Below are positions 14,766 through 26,800 of a stretch of 64,000 bases of DNA, piece after piece (position 1 is the first letter of the stretch; each line of letters starts with the position of its first letter). The notes under the pieces are model-generated. The model made no database searches. It was not told the origin of the DNA and saw only the letters and a list, made by a program, of their open reading frames with translations. The translations under genes were made by a program, and so were the position numbers. Source of the DNA: Ylistrum balloti (Eukaryota). The stretch spans positions 1,116,001 through 1,180,000 of the forward strand of contig NW_026782116.1 in the NCBI RefSeq assembly GCF_031769215.1. The letters are read 5' to 3'.

Positions 14766-14867
14766 TACATCTATTTTTGAGAAAAAAATGAAAATATTTT
14801 ACTTTATCCGTATATGTAAAATTTGTATCTTTAATTCTCTTTCAGGATTTCTTAGATATAAACGACC

Positions 14868-17800
14868 ATGTGTTCAAATGTGAATAAAAAGATGAGTGAT
14901 CAGAGGAAACACAAACCAACATTGCCATTTGGTTGGATTGTTCGACAGTCATCCTCTTTCCCTGACAGAGTTTACTACTTCAATGTGCAGACAGGAGCCA
15001 CAACATGGGAAATGCCAGATCTGCGGAACCTTGCTCAGGTAACCAGTGGCTAACGTGACTCTAACAAATGTTAAATGTTTTATTGTACTTTTATGATAAC
15101 TCAGTAATTTGAAGATATATTAAACAACAGAATTAAAGAAGCATTATACACATAATTATAAGAATATACTTAGATAATACTTTCATCAAGCCCACTCACT
15201 TCAGTATCACAATGTGTACATGTAAAGATTGAGTAAAAATTTTGAAAAGTAGCAAAGGAATAACTTAACGAAATGCACCAAGTCAAAAATTTCACAAAAG
15301 GCAAGTGAATAGCACCTTTTAATGTGAAATGCCATTTCCTTCAATTGCAGTGTTATAGTGATAGCTGTTTCTTATTTTTGATATATTGGTAAAGTTACAT
15401 TTATTGATAAATAATAAATTAGGTGTCTTAAACAACATGCTAGGTATTGAAAACCAAAAATATTTAAATGGATATTTCACGCAAGTGAAGATTTCTTGGA
15501 GTGCTTTTATAGAAAAATACAAAATCATTTACCTATGTTCTTCTGGAAATCATAGACCTCAATTTACCATTCAAACAAATATATATCTAATTTGAGTAAA
15601 TTATAAAATCAACAGAAAATAAACTTAACGAATGATATCATGGTAACTCCAGCAGAAATTTTAATTAAGAACATACTCACTAGTGTATTTAGACGGTTTG
15701 GCTGGGAGTATTCCCATGGATTTTGCCTGTCTGAACTGATCACAGGAGAGCTATATTGATGCTAAACTAGATGTATACCATGTAACATAGTAGAGATCAG
15801 TGTAGCTGATGGGAGCATTACTGTATGAGATTAGCACTTGGAAGTCATAGTTTCAGGAAGGCAATTTGGCATTTTCGATTATCTGAAATATTGTGGATGA
15901 TACCATTAGTTTTTTAAGATCACATCTAATAAGGTTGCAAGATGATGGTGGTATCAATTAAATGCAATATTTTTTCATGTATCCTTCAGAATTCAAACAC
16001 TTCCAATACCAGTAAAAGGCACTCAGATGTCAAACGTAGCAGTCGAAAAGCAGGTGTAAATAAACAAGTAACGGATGTGAACAAGCAGGTGCCTGATTTG
16101 AACAGACAAGTTCCTGGTGTAATTAGTCAAGAACCTTATATAAACCAAACAGTTCCTGGTTTAAAGCATCAAGATTCTGGTTTGAGTCCACCATTTCCTG
16201 CTGTGAGCCATCAGATTCCTGGAGGAAGTCCATATTTTCCAGTTGAAGCAAAGTTTTCACCAGAGTTTTCAGATGACGATGATGATAACCTTGACCTTAA
16301 TTTGAATACAAGTGATAATATTCATCCTTCATCAATATCCAATAACTTTGATAATCAAAAAGACTATAGGACCAGTGAAAAATATTCTTTCTTAAAGAAA
16401 ACAAACCAAGGTGTTTCCACAGTTACAAAAGAGCAATGGAAACCATTTGAGTATTGCAGTCCTAGTCAAATAATCAACAAATGCGAAAAGAAAAATCAGG
16501 GGGAAGGGTCATCTGCAGCCAGTGTTAGAAGCAATAGCAGCAGTGTAGAAAATGCTAACAGATTTTGTAAAGTACAGAAAACCCTGGCAAGTGAACCTGG
16601 GATATTTCCCACAAAGAAAGTTAAGTTATCTGGCACTGGCATTGATACTAAGGGTTCTAGTTCAAGGTATGTGCTTGGTGAAAAAGACAATTTCAATTCT
16701 AAACAGTCTCTGATAGATACTGCTAAACAACTACCAAATCCACCGGATATTTTAGTTGGAACAGAAACATATGCTATGTCAAGTGATCATCAGGGCAACA
16801 ATGGTAGTAAAGTGATTCTTGGTCAGAAAAGGAAAGTTAAAGACAGGCTGGGTTCCCAACTGTGTTCTGCAATTAATAGAACAGAAGATAGTAGAAAGAT
16901 TGATAAAAGAAAAGTGTGCTGTTCACCAAAAGGCTCTGAGATTAAAACTGATATAAAAACAATTCAACATGAATCAGGAAACACTCGAACAAAAGTGAAA
17001 AAGAAATCGATAGGCAAACACAAATTAAAAAATGACAACACAGACTGTGAAATGGCCAAAACGTTAAGTGGTGATGTGAGGAAAGTTGTGTCATCATCTG
17101 AAACTAGTCAGTGTTCATTACCATTAGCAGATATTCATGATACTGAACTGGCTGCAAGAGACAGATTTAACGCCAGTGGGAATATGCAAGCATCTGATGT
17201 AAATGTTCCTAGCCAGCACCTAACTGATCCAGAGAAACTCCACAGCATTCAGTCCTGGATAGATCAGTGTGAACTAGAGGATGATCTGTCTGACAAGTCT
17301 AGTGAAATATTTATACCACAATGGAATTTTTCTTCACCCTATCATGATTCTGGGCGTGATAGTTCAGTGCCCAGAAATCATTCAGACAGTCGACGAGTAG
17401 TTGTGACAAATGACAAGTTATCAATATCAACTGGTGATAGTGTTCTGCAACCATCGGGTGGTGAATCACATAGAGACACCAGTACTGGTCCGAGAAATAA
17501 TTCCTGGAAAGGTATTTTAGAAGCATATCATTGAATCACATTTTTTCGAACTTACTAGTCTTGTTTGGTAATGACTTCTTTTTGACCTTAGACCTCGAGT
17601 GAAAGAAGTATATTTGGTTCATAGCTATGGCTCCACCTCCATTTTAGGTAATGACACCGGACACGGTATGTGCTGTGTCACCCAACTGATTTAAGTAAAT
17701 TGTGTTGAACTGGTTTTACTGGGATGTAAGGGCATGCCTATTACAGATATAAATTTGAGAAGAACATCAGATTTGATATGTTGATACAGATGCTGTGTTA

Positions 17801-20800
17801 CACACCAAACTGATTTAAGTAAATTATATTGTACTGGATTAGAGATGCTGATAACCGCAGGTAATTAACATATTGAAATGGAATCAGGATTATTTATTGA
17901 GTTCTACTGAAAGTTGTATTACCCAGTTGAAGCACGCTTCATCTACGGTTGGTGTTTTAAATGTCTGTTATGTAGAGATGTTGCTTCAATTAAAACAGGT
18001 GTACATGCTACACCCGCTCCGGTGAACCATCGCAATGTGATAAGTATGGAGATTGATGAATGGAAACCACAACCAGTGGCTGATGATGACCGACAGATTG
18101 AGGGCATGGATGTCTCCGAGATAGCAGTAAGTATTTCTGGGGTGTTGTCTGGAAACCTGAAACAGTGTTGATGAATTAGTCTTTTGGGATACTTGCTGAA
18201 TTGTATACATATTGGATACATCAGGGTGAGCAGTAGGACACTTCCATCCATTGTCTATTGACAATTTACTATCAATACAATTAGATTTTGATTTGTTAGC
18301 CTACAAATTAGCTCTGCCTCTTGTGTAAATAAGGGAAGTGGATACTCCCAGTTAATCATATCTACTTAAAAAACTTGAGGACGAAAAATGTCAAATTTTG
18401 TAAATGTTTTTGGAAATTCAGTAAACCTGTGATTCTTTGTCAAAGTCCCAGATATATGGAATTTTTAGTGTGAGTGGCAGATGAGATGATGACTGGCATG
18501 TATGTAACTTATGTAAATTAAATAGATGTTTATGTTCTATTTTCAGTTGAAAGAAGTGCGGGAGCATCTACAAAAGCAAATTCCGACTGAGGTAAGATTT
18601 GCAATAAATAACATGGAAATAACCCTTCTGATTCCAACTGTCAGTGTACAAATGATAAACAGACCATTGGTAGAATATTCTACAAAATATAGGTCCCTAT
18701 AATAAACTGTGTAACCCTTTGTCACTCACAATTTTCACCATTTAATGTCAAAACGTGAATATGTCATTTTAGCCATTGAAGAGCAGGAAATTAAAGCATG
18801 TACCAATAATTTCTTTCTCGGCCACTTCAATATTTCTGTTTTATAAATAGCAAAAGTAAAACACTGGCAAAAGTAAGGTACTAGCAAAAGTAAGGCATTG
18901 GCAAAAAACCTGGCATTCAGTATTATTGTTTTAAGTATAGACAAAGTCTGTTTTATAGGCCAAGTGTGTCATATATACTAAAATAAGGTCATCACAAGCT
19001 GTTTTCAATGTATAAACATTAGACTTGGTAAATAAGGTGGTGTGTCGTGTACAAAAAATGATAGGAACAGATGTGTAGGAGTAGGGATATCCATAAAGAC
19101 CAGATCCAAATTCATCTCAGATCATTTGATAACATACTTTGACAATGTTAGCAGTTTACATGGCAAGAAACATAGGGCAGTCTCCTTGTAACCTCTTATT
19201 TCTCAAAGGCAATTCACCCAATGCTGGGATTCAAGTTTTCAAAATCAGATTTTGGTAACATTAGTATTTTTGTATATATTTAAATGTACAACAGGGCAAA
19301 TTAATTATTTCTTTTTTGAAAATTCATGACAAAATCAGTCTTTTGTGCAAAAATGTATAAATGCCTATTTTTCCTTTTCTAAATGCATATTTTGCTTTGG
19401 CAAAAACTGCCATGTTAACAATTTGAAAGCTATGTCAACATAGCAATAGGATGAAGCTAGAGTTTCTTTTTTGTTGAATAATCAATAATATACTATATTA
19501 ATTAATATCTAAACTGTTCATACACACTGTTGTCATCAAGTTTAAAGCTGTTAAAGAGATATAATTGAATCTTAATATCAGGGCAGAATGAGCATCAAAG
19601 AAGTCAGAGTTAGAAGTCAACACAATAATATCAGAACATAAATCAGCTGACTAGTGGCCTCTTATGTTATTACAGTATTGATAGCAACACATTATTATAA
19701 TTTTGCTGTTTGCAGGTCACTGGTTCTCTCACAGAGCGTATATCCATAACAGATAGCCAGTCGAAGCTTGCCAATCTGCACCAGGTACAGGTATGTTAGT
19801 AAACAAACAAATTTCAGGGAAAGTGTACAAGCAGGCAAGTTTCAGGAAAAGGATAAGTGAATTAACTTAATTATATTAGAATGGACATAGAACATAGAAT
19901 GTTTCAAATATTATGTACGATATGAAATGCTGACAACTCATGTCATTGGTATTAAAAGTTCGACTGGATATTTGTGTGTGCAAAAAAATTTTTAACTGTA
20001 CAGTTAAACAATGATTTTCAACTTACTATTTGCTGTGCTAAAAAGTCTCCTCAGCTACGTAATGTCATAAATGGTCGAATGTGAGAGAAACTCTTTACAA
20101 AAATTTCTTTAACAGAAGCTGTTGATAGTGCTGGACACGAATGTCTTGATAGAAAATCTAGGATTTGTTGAGGAACTCCGGGATCAAGAATTCAAAGGTA
20201 TATTGGTTGTAAATTCATCATAGTAATGTCAAATATATGTAAAGATGTGTAAAAATTATATTTGATTTATTATATCTGAAACTGAAAAGTTCTTATTGCA
20301 ATTTGAAAATAATTTTGTTTGAATAAAGTTTAATATTTTGTTGATTTTCACTGTCAAAATCCATTAAGTATTAACTAATGAATATGCTTTTGATGTCATT
20401 TCAAAGCTTTTGGGAAGGGAGATACTGTGATTAAAGGCCTTGGTACATTTCTAGTATTACCATATTTATCCTCCCAAAAAGCCAAGGGGAACATTATATA
20501 TTACCTCTGACTCATGTCAGGGGGATGGGTTTTTTTCGAGGACATTGAATGGCTTGTGTGAGGACATTGTAAGGCTTATATGAGGACATTGGAAGGCCTA
20601 TGCAGGGACATTAAAGGGCTTGTGTGAGGACAATGAAAGGCTTGTGTGAGAACATTGAAATAGTATTGGTTGAAAATGATACTGAATCGCTATAAATATG
20701 GATGGGCTTATTGCCTGGCATGGGCTTATTGCAGATAAATACTGTTAGATATCGTTACAGCCCCTTCCCTACACATCCACAATGACTCAGATTGAAATGA

Positions 20801-23800
20801 CTCTTGATATGTCTTTATGTTTCAGAACTTGCCAAGCCTTTACTTGTGATTCCATGGGTTGTGATGCAGGAGTTAGATGCTCTGAAAAACAGCAAAAACA
20901 ACTTTGTAAGATACACAAATTGGTAGAATAAGATATAAGCCTGATAATTTTCTGTAAAACATTTTGTTTTCACAATTTGAGTACACCTTATGTTATATAA
21001 GTTTGCTACAGACTATAAAATCTCTTTATATTCATATTAATGATGAAAGAATATTTAACTTGTGACTTTTCAAGAATGGCATTTCCTGGAGAAAAATAGA
21101 GGGAGTGATGCACTTGACTTGATCTTTTTATTGCTGGAGGGACCGATACTTGGAGCTTTGGTTGTGAATGGTATTTCTATTAACTTATAAAAGAGGGAAA
21201 AGTATAGCTACACTACACCAGGCTACTACCAGTAGTCAAGAAGCTCTGTTGTTTAAGTTTCTTTCTAGAGTTTCGAGGCCTTGTGGGTTTTCTGGTCTAG
21301 TAGTTTTATTTTACCCTCTACTGTTATGTAATAACATGTCAAGAAATATCATGAGTTACTTTTGTACACTAATGAACATGACCTAGAAATGTATTGTAAC
21401 ATATTGTTCCTCTGAATAAATTTTGACCATTTGTTGACTTTTACAGTCGTTGTCCACAGCCAGAAAAGCAAGAGGTCCAGTTAATTTCCTGTTCCATTGC
21501 TTCAAAGTCCAACATCCTCGAATAATAGGTCAGACACCTGATGAGGTAAATAGTGTGAAAATACATTTATTTTGTAATGTTAGATTGATCAGAGTTATAG
21601 AAAATGATGTGACACAAGAATGATGGTGGAAAAAAACTTTTATAATCAAGTTGAGCAAAAGAAGTTATTAAGTACAAGGTTTTCCAACCAGTGCATTTAA
21701 ATCTCATTTATCTTGGACCTCACAGACTGGTAAAGGTAGAGCATGTGTACCATACTGTTGAATTAATTCAACATGTGCCAAAGACAGAAATATTTTATTT
21801 ATGGAGGAAGTGACTAGTAGAACATTGTATCTTTTGTAGGCTAAACAAGCATTAGAGGAGTTTACTCCGGAATGTAATGATGATCGTATTCTTCACTGTT
21901 GTCTCCATTACAAGAAGAGAAGTGAGTTGTATTGGACTTACTCCTATTTTTGTCACAATTCTCTTTAACATAAATGTATTGTGTAAATGAAAAATACTGG
22001 AAGTCACAAAAAAGTTATAAGACTATTAAGAATACAAATTTTACTTACACTAAATTTTCATATTTGTTTTGCTCTGCAAGAAATGGTGTGATGAACAATA
22101 AATAATCAAGTGGTCGTAATTCTGAACAAATTACAATTCAATAGTACAATATTGTCACCATGTTACAGATCCTGAATCACATGTGATCCTTCTGTCCAAT
22201 GACAAGAATTTGTGCTCTAAAGCTGCCATACTGAAAATACAGGCATACTCCAGACAGACAGTGGTAGCAGGCATTGAAGCACAATCTAAATTTCTGTCCT
22301 CTGAGAAAGCCTCTGCAGGTTCAGAGATTCCCCATACACCATCCAAGAATCCTCGCATATCTCCTATCAGATCCCCAAGAGGTAATTAGTATCCAGTTTG
22401 ATGTTATTCAGGTAGCTGGTTGTTCTTGTAATGTAAGTCCCTGTAAACAGCATCCTGAAATCAAGCAGCCACTTTGAATTTTGATATTTGAAGTTTGTTG
22501 ATATTTGAAGTTTGATACAGCTACATTTCTGAACTATTTTTTTTTGAAGTAGGGAATTACTTTCAGTACTCTACGTAATGATTTAGGCTCAAGCATAGAC
22601 TATCAATACCATGTCATGGAATAATGAAAGATTTTATTTCATTTTATTCAGCAACACCAGGATCTTCAAAACCACTACACAAACATGAAGAAAACTTTGA
22701 TGATGTGGTATGTTTTATATAATAATGAAATGTGAAATTTGGTGTTAGTATAATGCAGACAAGTACTTAACATTTTCCAATTATATTCATACTGTTTACT
22801 GCTGCCTTGATATCTTCTTGTATAGATTTCCTTTGTCAGACACTAAGTATATAATACTCCTCATCAGTAGTTTGTCGTGCATTTCCTGATGTAGTCACTC
22901 CTTGCTTTTCAAAAATGGCTGTTGCAACTACTAACTTGGAAAGTGACTTGCTGGGTTCAGCTCTCATAGACTTGATTGATAGGAAATATTTGTTAATGTT
23001 TTTTTAATATTGTCATTCATTGCCTGCTTACATGGATTTTGACCTGGATTCAGTAACTGTAAAACAGTCCTGTTATTTTACTTGAATACTGAGAGCTATA
23101 ATAAGTACTATATAGTTGTTATGTGATACTGCTGATATGGATTAACACATAGCATTTTGTTTCAGGAAGAAAAAAATTAAAAGATCTGGCCCCACTTGTA
23201 TAAAACATCTCAACTTGAGATTTCCTCAAGTCGAGATTTGCCTCAGCTGATATCTCCTCAAAAACGGCTTGTATAAATTTTCTCAAGGAACAGGAGGAAG
23301 GCATCGGCTAGGATGTCCTGAAATTCCTAGAGGAATTTTCATACAAGATATTTTCAATGAGATATTAGCTGAGGAAAATCTCGACTTGATGAAAATCTCA
23401 AGTTGAGATGTTTTATACAAGTGGGGCCTGATGAGTATTTTATTTTTTTCAGGTTGACCAGATCCTGTGTAAAGCCAAGTTGCTGATAAAAGACTCGCTG
23501 AGCATTGTTCTAGAGAAGGAGATGAAAGTTGCATTTAGTGATGTGTGGCAAGTTTTCTACATTATAAGCTCCATCCTCGATACTCCAGGGGTTACAATCA
23601 CCTTTGCTCCCTGCACCCTGGAACATTTCTTGGCGAAATTGAAGGCACAAGCAAAGCTAATAGATTGGACTGGGGTGGGTTTCAGGAGAAAAAACTGACC
23701 AATCAGGCTAATACGCTCCTTTGAAGATTGCAAAGGAGTGCATCACTTCCACTCTCTGCACCCCAGGAACATGTCATGACAAAATTGAAGGTTCCATATG

Positions 23801-26800
23801 CAACATCCTGTGAACAAGACAAGAAATTCAGTTTGAGCTTTTGATGCACATTAAACAAATCTCGAGGTTGCATAACAGTATATTGTAATGGCTTTGAAGT
23901 TGGGTGTTTCTCCCTTCAAAAGGAGTGTATCAACCTGTTATTGGTCTTTTTATTTTTCTCCTGGCACTGATGAAATGACCTGTGCCTTCAATTTTACCAT
24001 GACATGTTCCAGGGATGCAGAGAGCAAACGTGATTGAAACCCCTGGAGTATCAATGATGAATGGAGTGACACCCAACTTTAAAGTCGGTACAATATACTG
24101 TTTTGCGACCTCGAGATTTGTTTGGTGTACATCAAAGGATCAACCTAGTCTTCTTATCTTATCCACACATGGAACCTTCAATTTTGCAATGAAATATTCC
24201 AGGAGTGTTGACAGTGATTGTGAGCATAACCTCTGGAGTAATGAGAATGTATTAGCTTAATTGATCCAATAATTTTATCACATGGTAGGCTTTTTGTTTT
24301 TGGTCAGTGCAGCAGCTTGTAACCACCATTTATCAACTGAACGGATCTCCTTGAAACTTTTTAAACATGTACAGTATGGGTCCTAAATGTGACGTTCACA
24401 TCTGCAGTTCATTAGATGTTCAAGATGGCCTCAACAGCCATTTTGGATTTCAACATTTGAAGTTTAATACTGCTATTTGTCATACAATACTAAAGGAGTC
24501 TTCTGAAAGACTTGTTTTGTACAAGAACTCTTCAAGGATAGAATAGTGAAATTTATGACACCGGGTCTCTCTTTAAGTTGAATACAGCGAAATCAGGTAT
24601 TGTAATGAGAATCATAGGAAAGCAATTATTTGTTCATTATTTCAGGATGGAAATTGTGTATAGAAAGCCACCATGGACATTAGAGGATATCCTAGATTGT
24701 TTCAAAAAGTAAGACAATTTTCTACATACTGAAAGTGTAGATTTGTTATCATAGCTCACTTTAGCTCTTAATACAACATGTCATCTGCACATCTAAGAAA
24801 AAAAGGGGGTTGATCATGACTTCTACATGGTACATCTATCTAGAATTTTTGGTACAGCTATTTAATGGAGTCAGGGTGTATTTGCACTCCCCTCTTTAGT
24901 TCATCTCAGACAGGATTTAGAAACTGCAAATTTACATAAAGGTATTTTAAGACACTATTTTGAAAATATTGCCTTCATATTGAATGTTAAATGAGCATAC
25001 AGGAAGATTCTGTATATCAATCTTTTTAATACTAGATTAAAACCTCAGGCTTGTCACCTAGTGTAGTCAAATATATTAACATTCATTTTTCAGGACCAAC
25101 TCAATCTAAATACACAGTATCTGTGATACATAGACTGAATGTATAATGCATTGTTGTTACAGAAAAACAAGAAACCTTTGTTCTCAACAACAAAAATTTA
25201 TTTAAACTGACTAGATACAAATCATGTGTTTTAGTATAAAACTGTTGTCAGAGTAATTGCTTTTTCAGACATTGGACAGCAGTGTTTGGTATGATCTACA
25301 ACAGAAAACTCAGGGAAGAGGTCCACCGCTTAGTGGAAAAATTCAAACCATTTAAAGGTAAAGTAAATCTTCAATAACTGGTTTTAACCATGTGTTCAAT
25401 TTTCTTCTCATTGAATGGTGTTAACCATTTGTTTAGGGTTTTTTTTCTTTTATCATGTTAAAAAATGTTGGCACCAATATTTGTTTTCTATGATAGGATT
25501 TACACCAACGCTGGAAAGTGTAGGAGAACTGGTAGACGATGCTGTGAAAATTATAAAGGAATGCGAAGTCCATAGCAAGTAAGCATCATTCAGCATTCCA
25601 GAAACATGCTTAAGATGTGATTGTTTAACACAATTAATGAAAACAAGCGTTTACAAAAAATCTGTTTTGCAGTACCATTTTACTACCGACAACCTCCCCA
25701 CTTTCAGCAAGTGCCCTTATTATGCATTGGATTCTAAATTTTATGAAGGACTTCAATATAACTCAATATTTGGTTATTTTCCTAGTACAATAAAAAACAC
25801 TTAATATCCTGTTCTATTTGTCAGTCGAAAATGTGATGATAAACAGAATGTGACATTAATATGCACATGTGATAATTTTCTATATTCAATAATCCTAATC
25901 CATACCTCATTTCCTGTTACATAAGTTCAAATCAGTTATTTTAGCATCTTCAGCTTTGTAACAGAAATGTGTTCATGTACCTAAATTTAAGGATGATGAC
26001 ATTCGTAATGACGACATTGATATGCCATGGTTTGGTATTTGCTAAATTCAAATATAGGTCACCAAGATAATCAATTTCTCCCAAATTTGTCGTTCCTCAA
26101 CAGTTACAATATACCTCTATAAACAGTTCACAGCCTACCCAATAGTTGACCTCCTGGTCAAGGTCAAAGTTTAATGTCAAGCAAAATTATGGCTACATCC
26201 CTAAAACCACCAACGAAGGACACAGCTGTGGACTGTATTGTATGCCATCAATCAGTGTAAAAAAAAATTGCACTTTCTTCAGATGTTGGGGGGGGGGGGG
26301 GGAATGTAAACACGATGGTTGGTGACTGTTACTCAAAGTTAATCTTCCACAATATAACCTTTAATGTTTAATCCATAACATTTATAACCATATGAACTTT
26401 CAATAGTAATCAATAATAATACAAATAACAAAACACAAAAATTAAGAAATACTTTATTATTTGACACCATTGATTTTATAGGTACTTCTAATTTGTATGT
26501 CCACAAATTGTTGAATTGATGCTACATTACTCTTGAAATCAAGTATCTACAAATGAGAATGTTTTTCAAAAACACAAAAATTGAGCTTCGCAAACTTAAG
26601 TATTTTTTATAAAAAAAAACAGAAATTGAGCCTCACAAAAAACCTCATCTCTTTTGTATTTCAGCTATGGTATATTATTCCAGGAGGCATCTGCTGAACT
26701 AAAACTGGTGCAGAAGTTTCAACAAGAATGTAACGCTGGCACCATCAGTGGAATAAATTTGAAAACCTACCTCAATAGGAAATCCATAAAGGTGAGTATG

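Larger units (their letters stand above)
11331..14845. promoter_or_regulatory. Divergent MAN1B1/SWT1 promoter and 5' region
   Basis: The two genes are head to head, and the stretch at about 11240-13720 is relatively CpG-rich. Candidate SWT1 non-coding-exon donors are at 12606 and 13071, with the acceptor at 14845. TSS positions cannot be read directly. Confidence 0.5.

Noticed and set aside
16496-18264. Antisense ORFs over SWT1 exons (also those over MAN1B1 and DDC exons)
   Set aside because: They are shadows of real coding exons, with no independent features.
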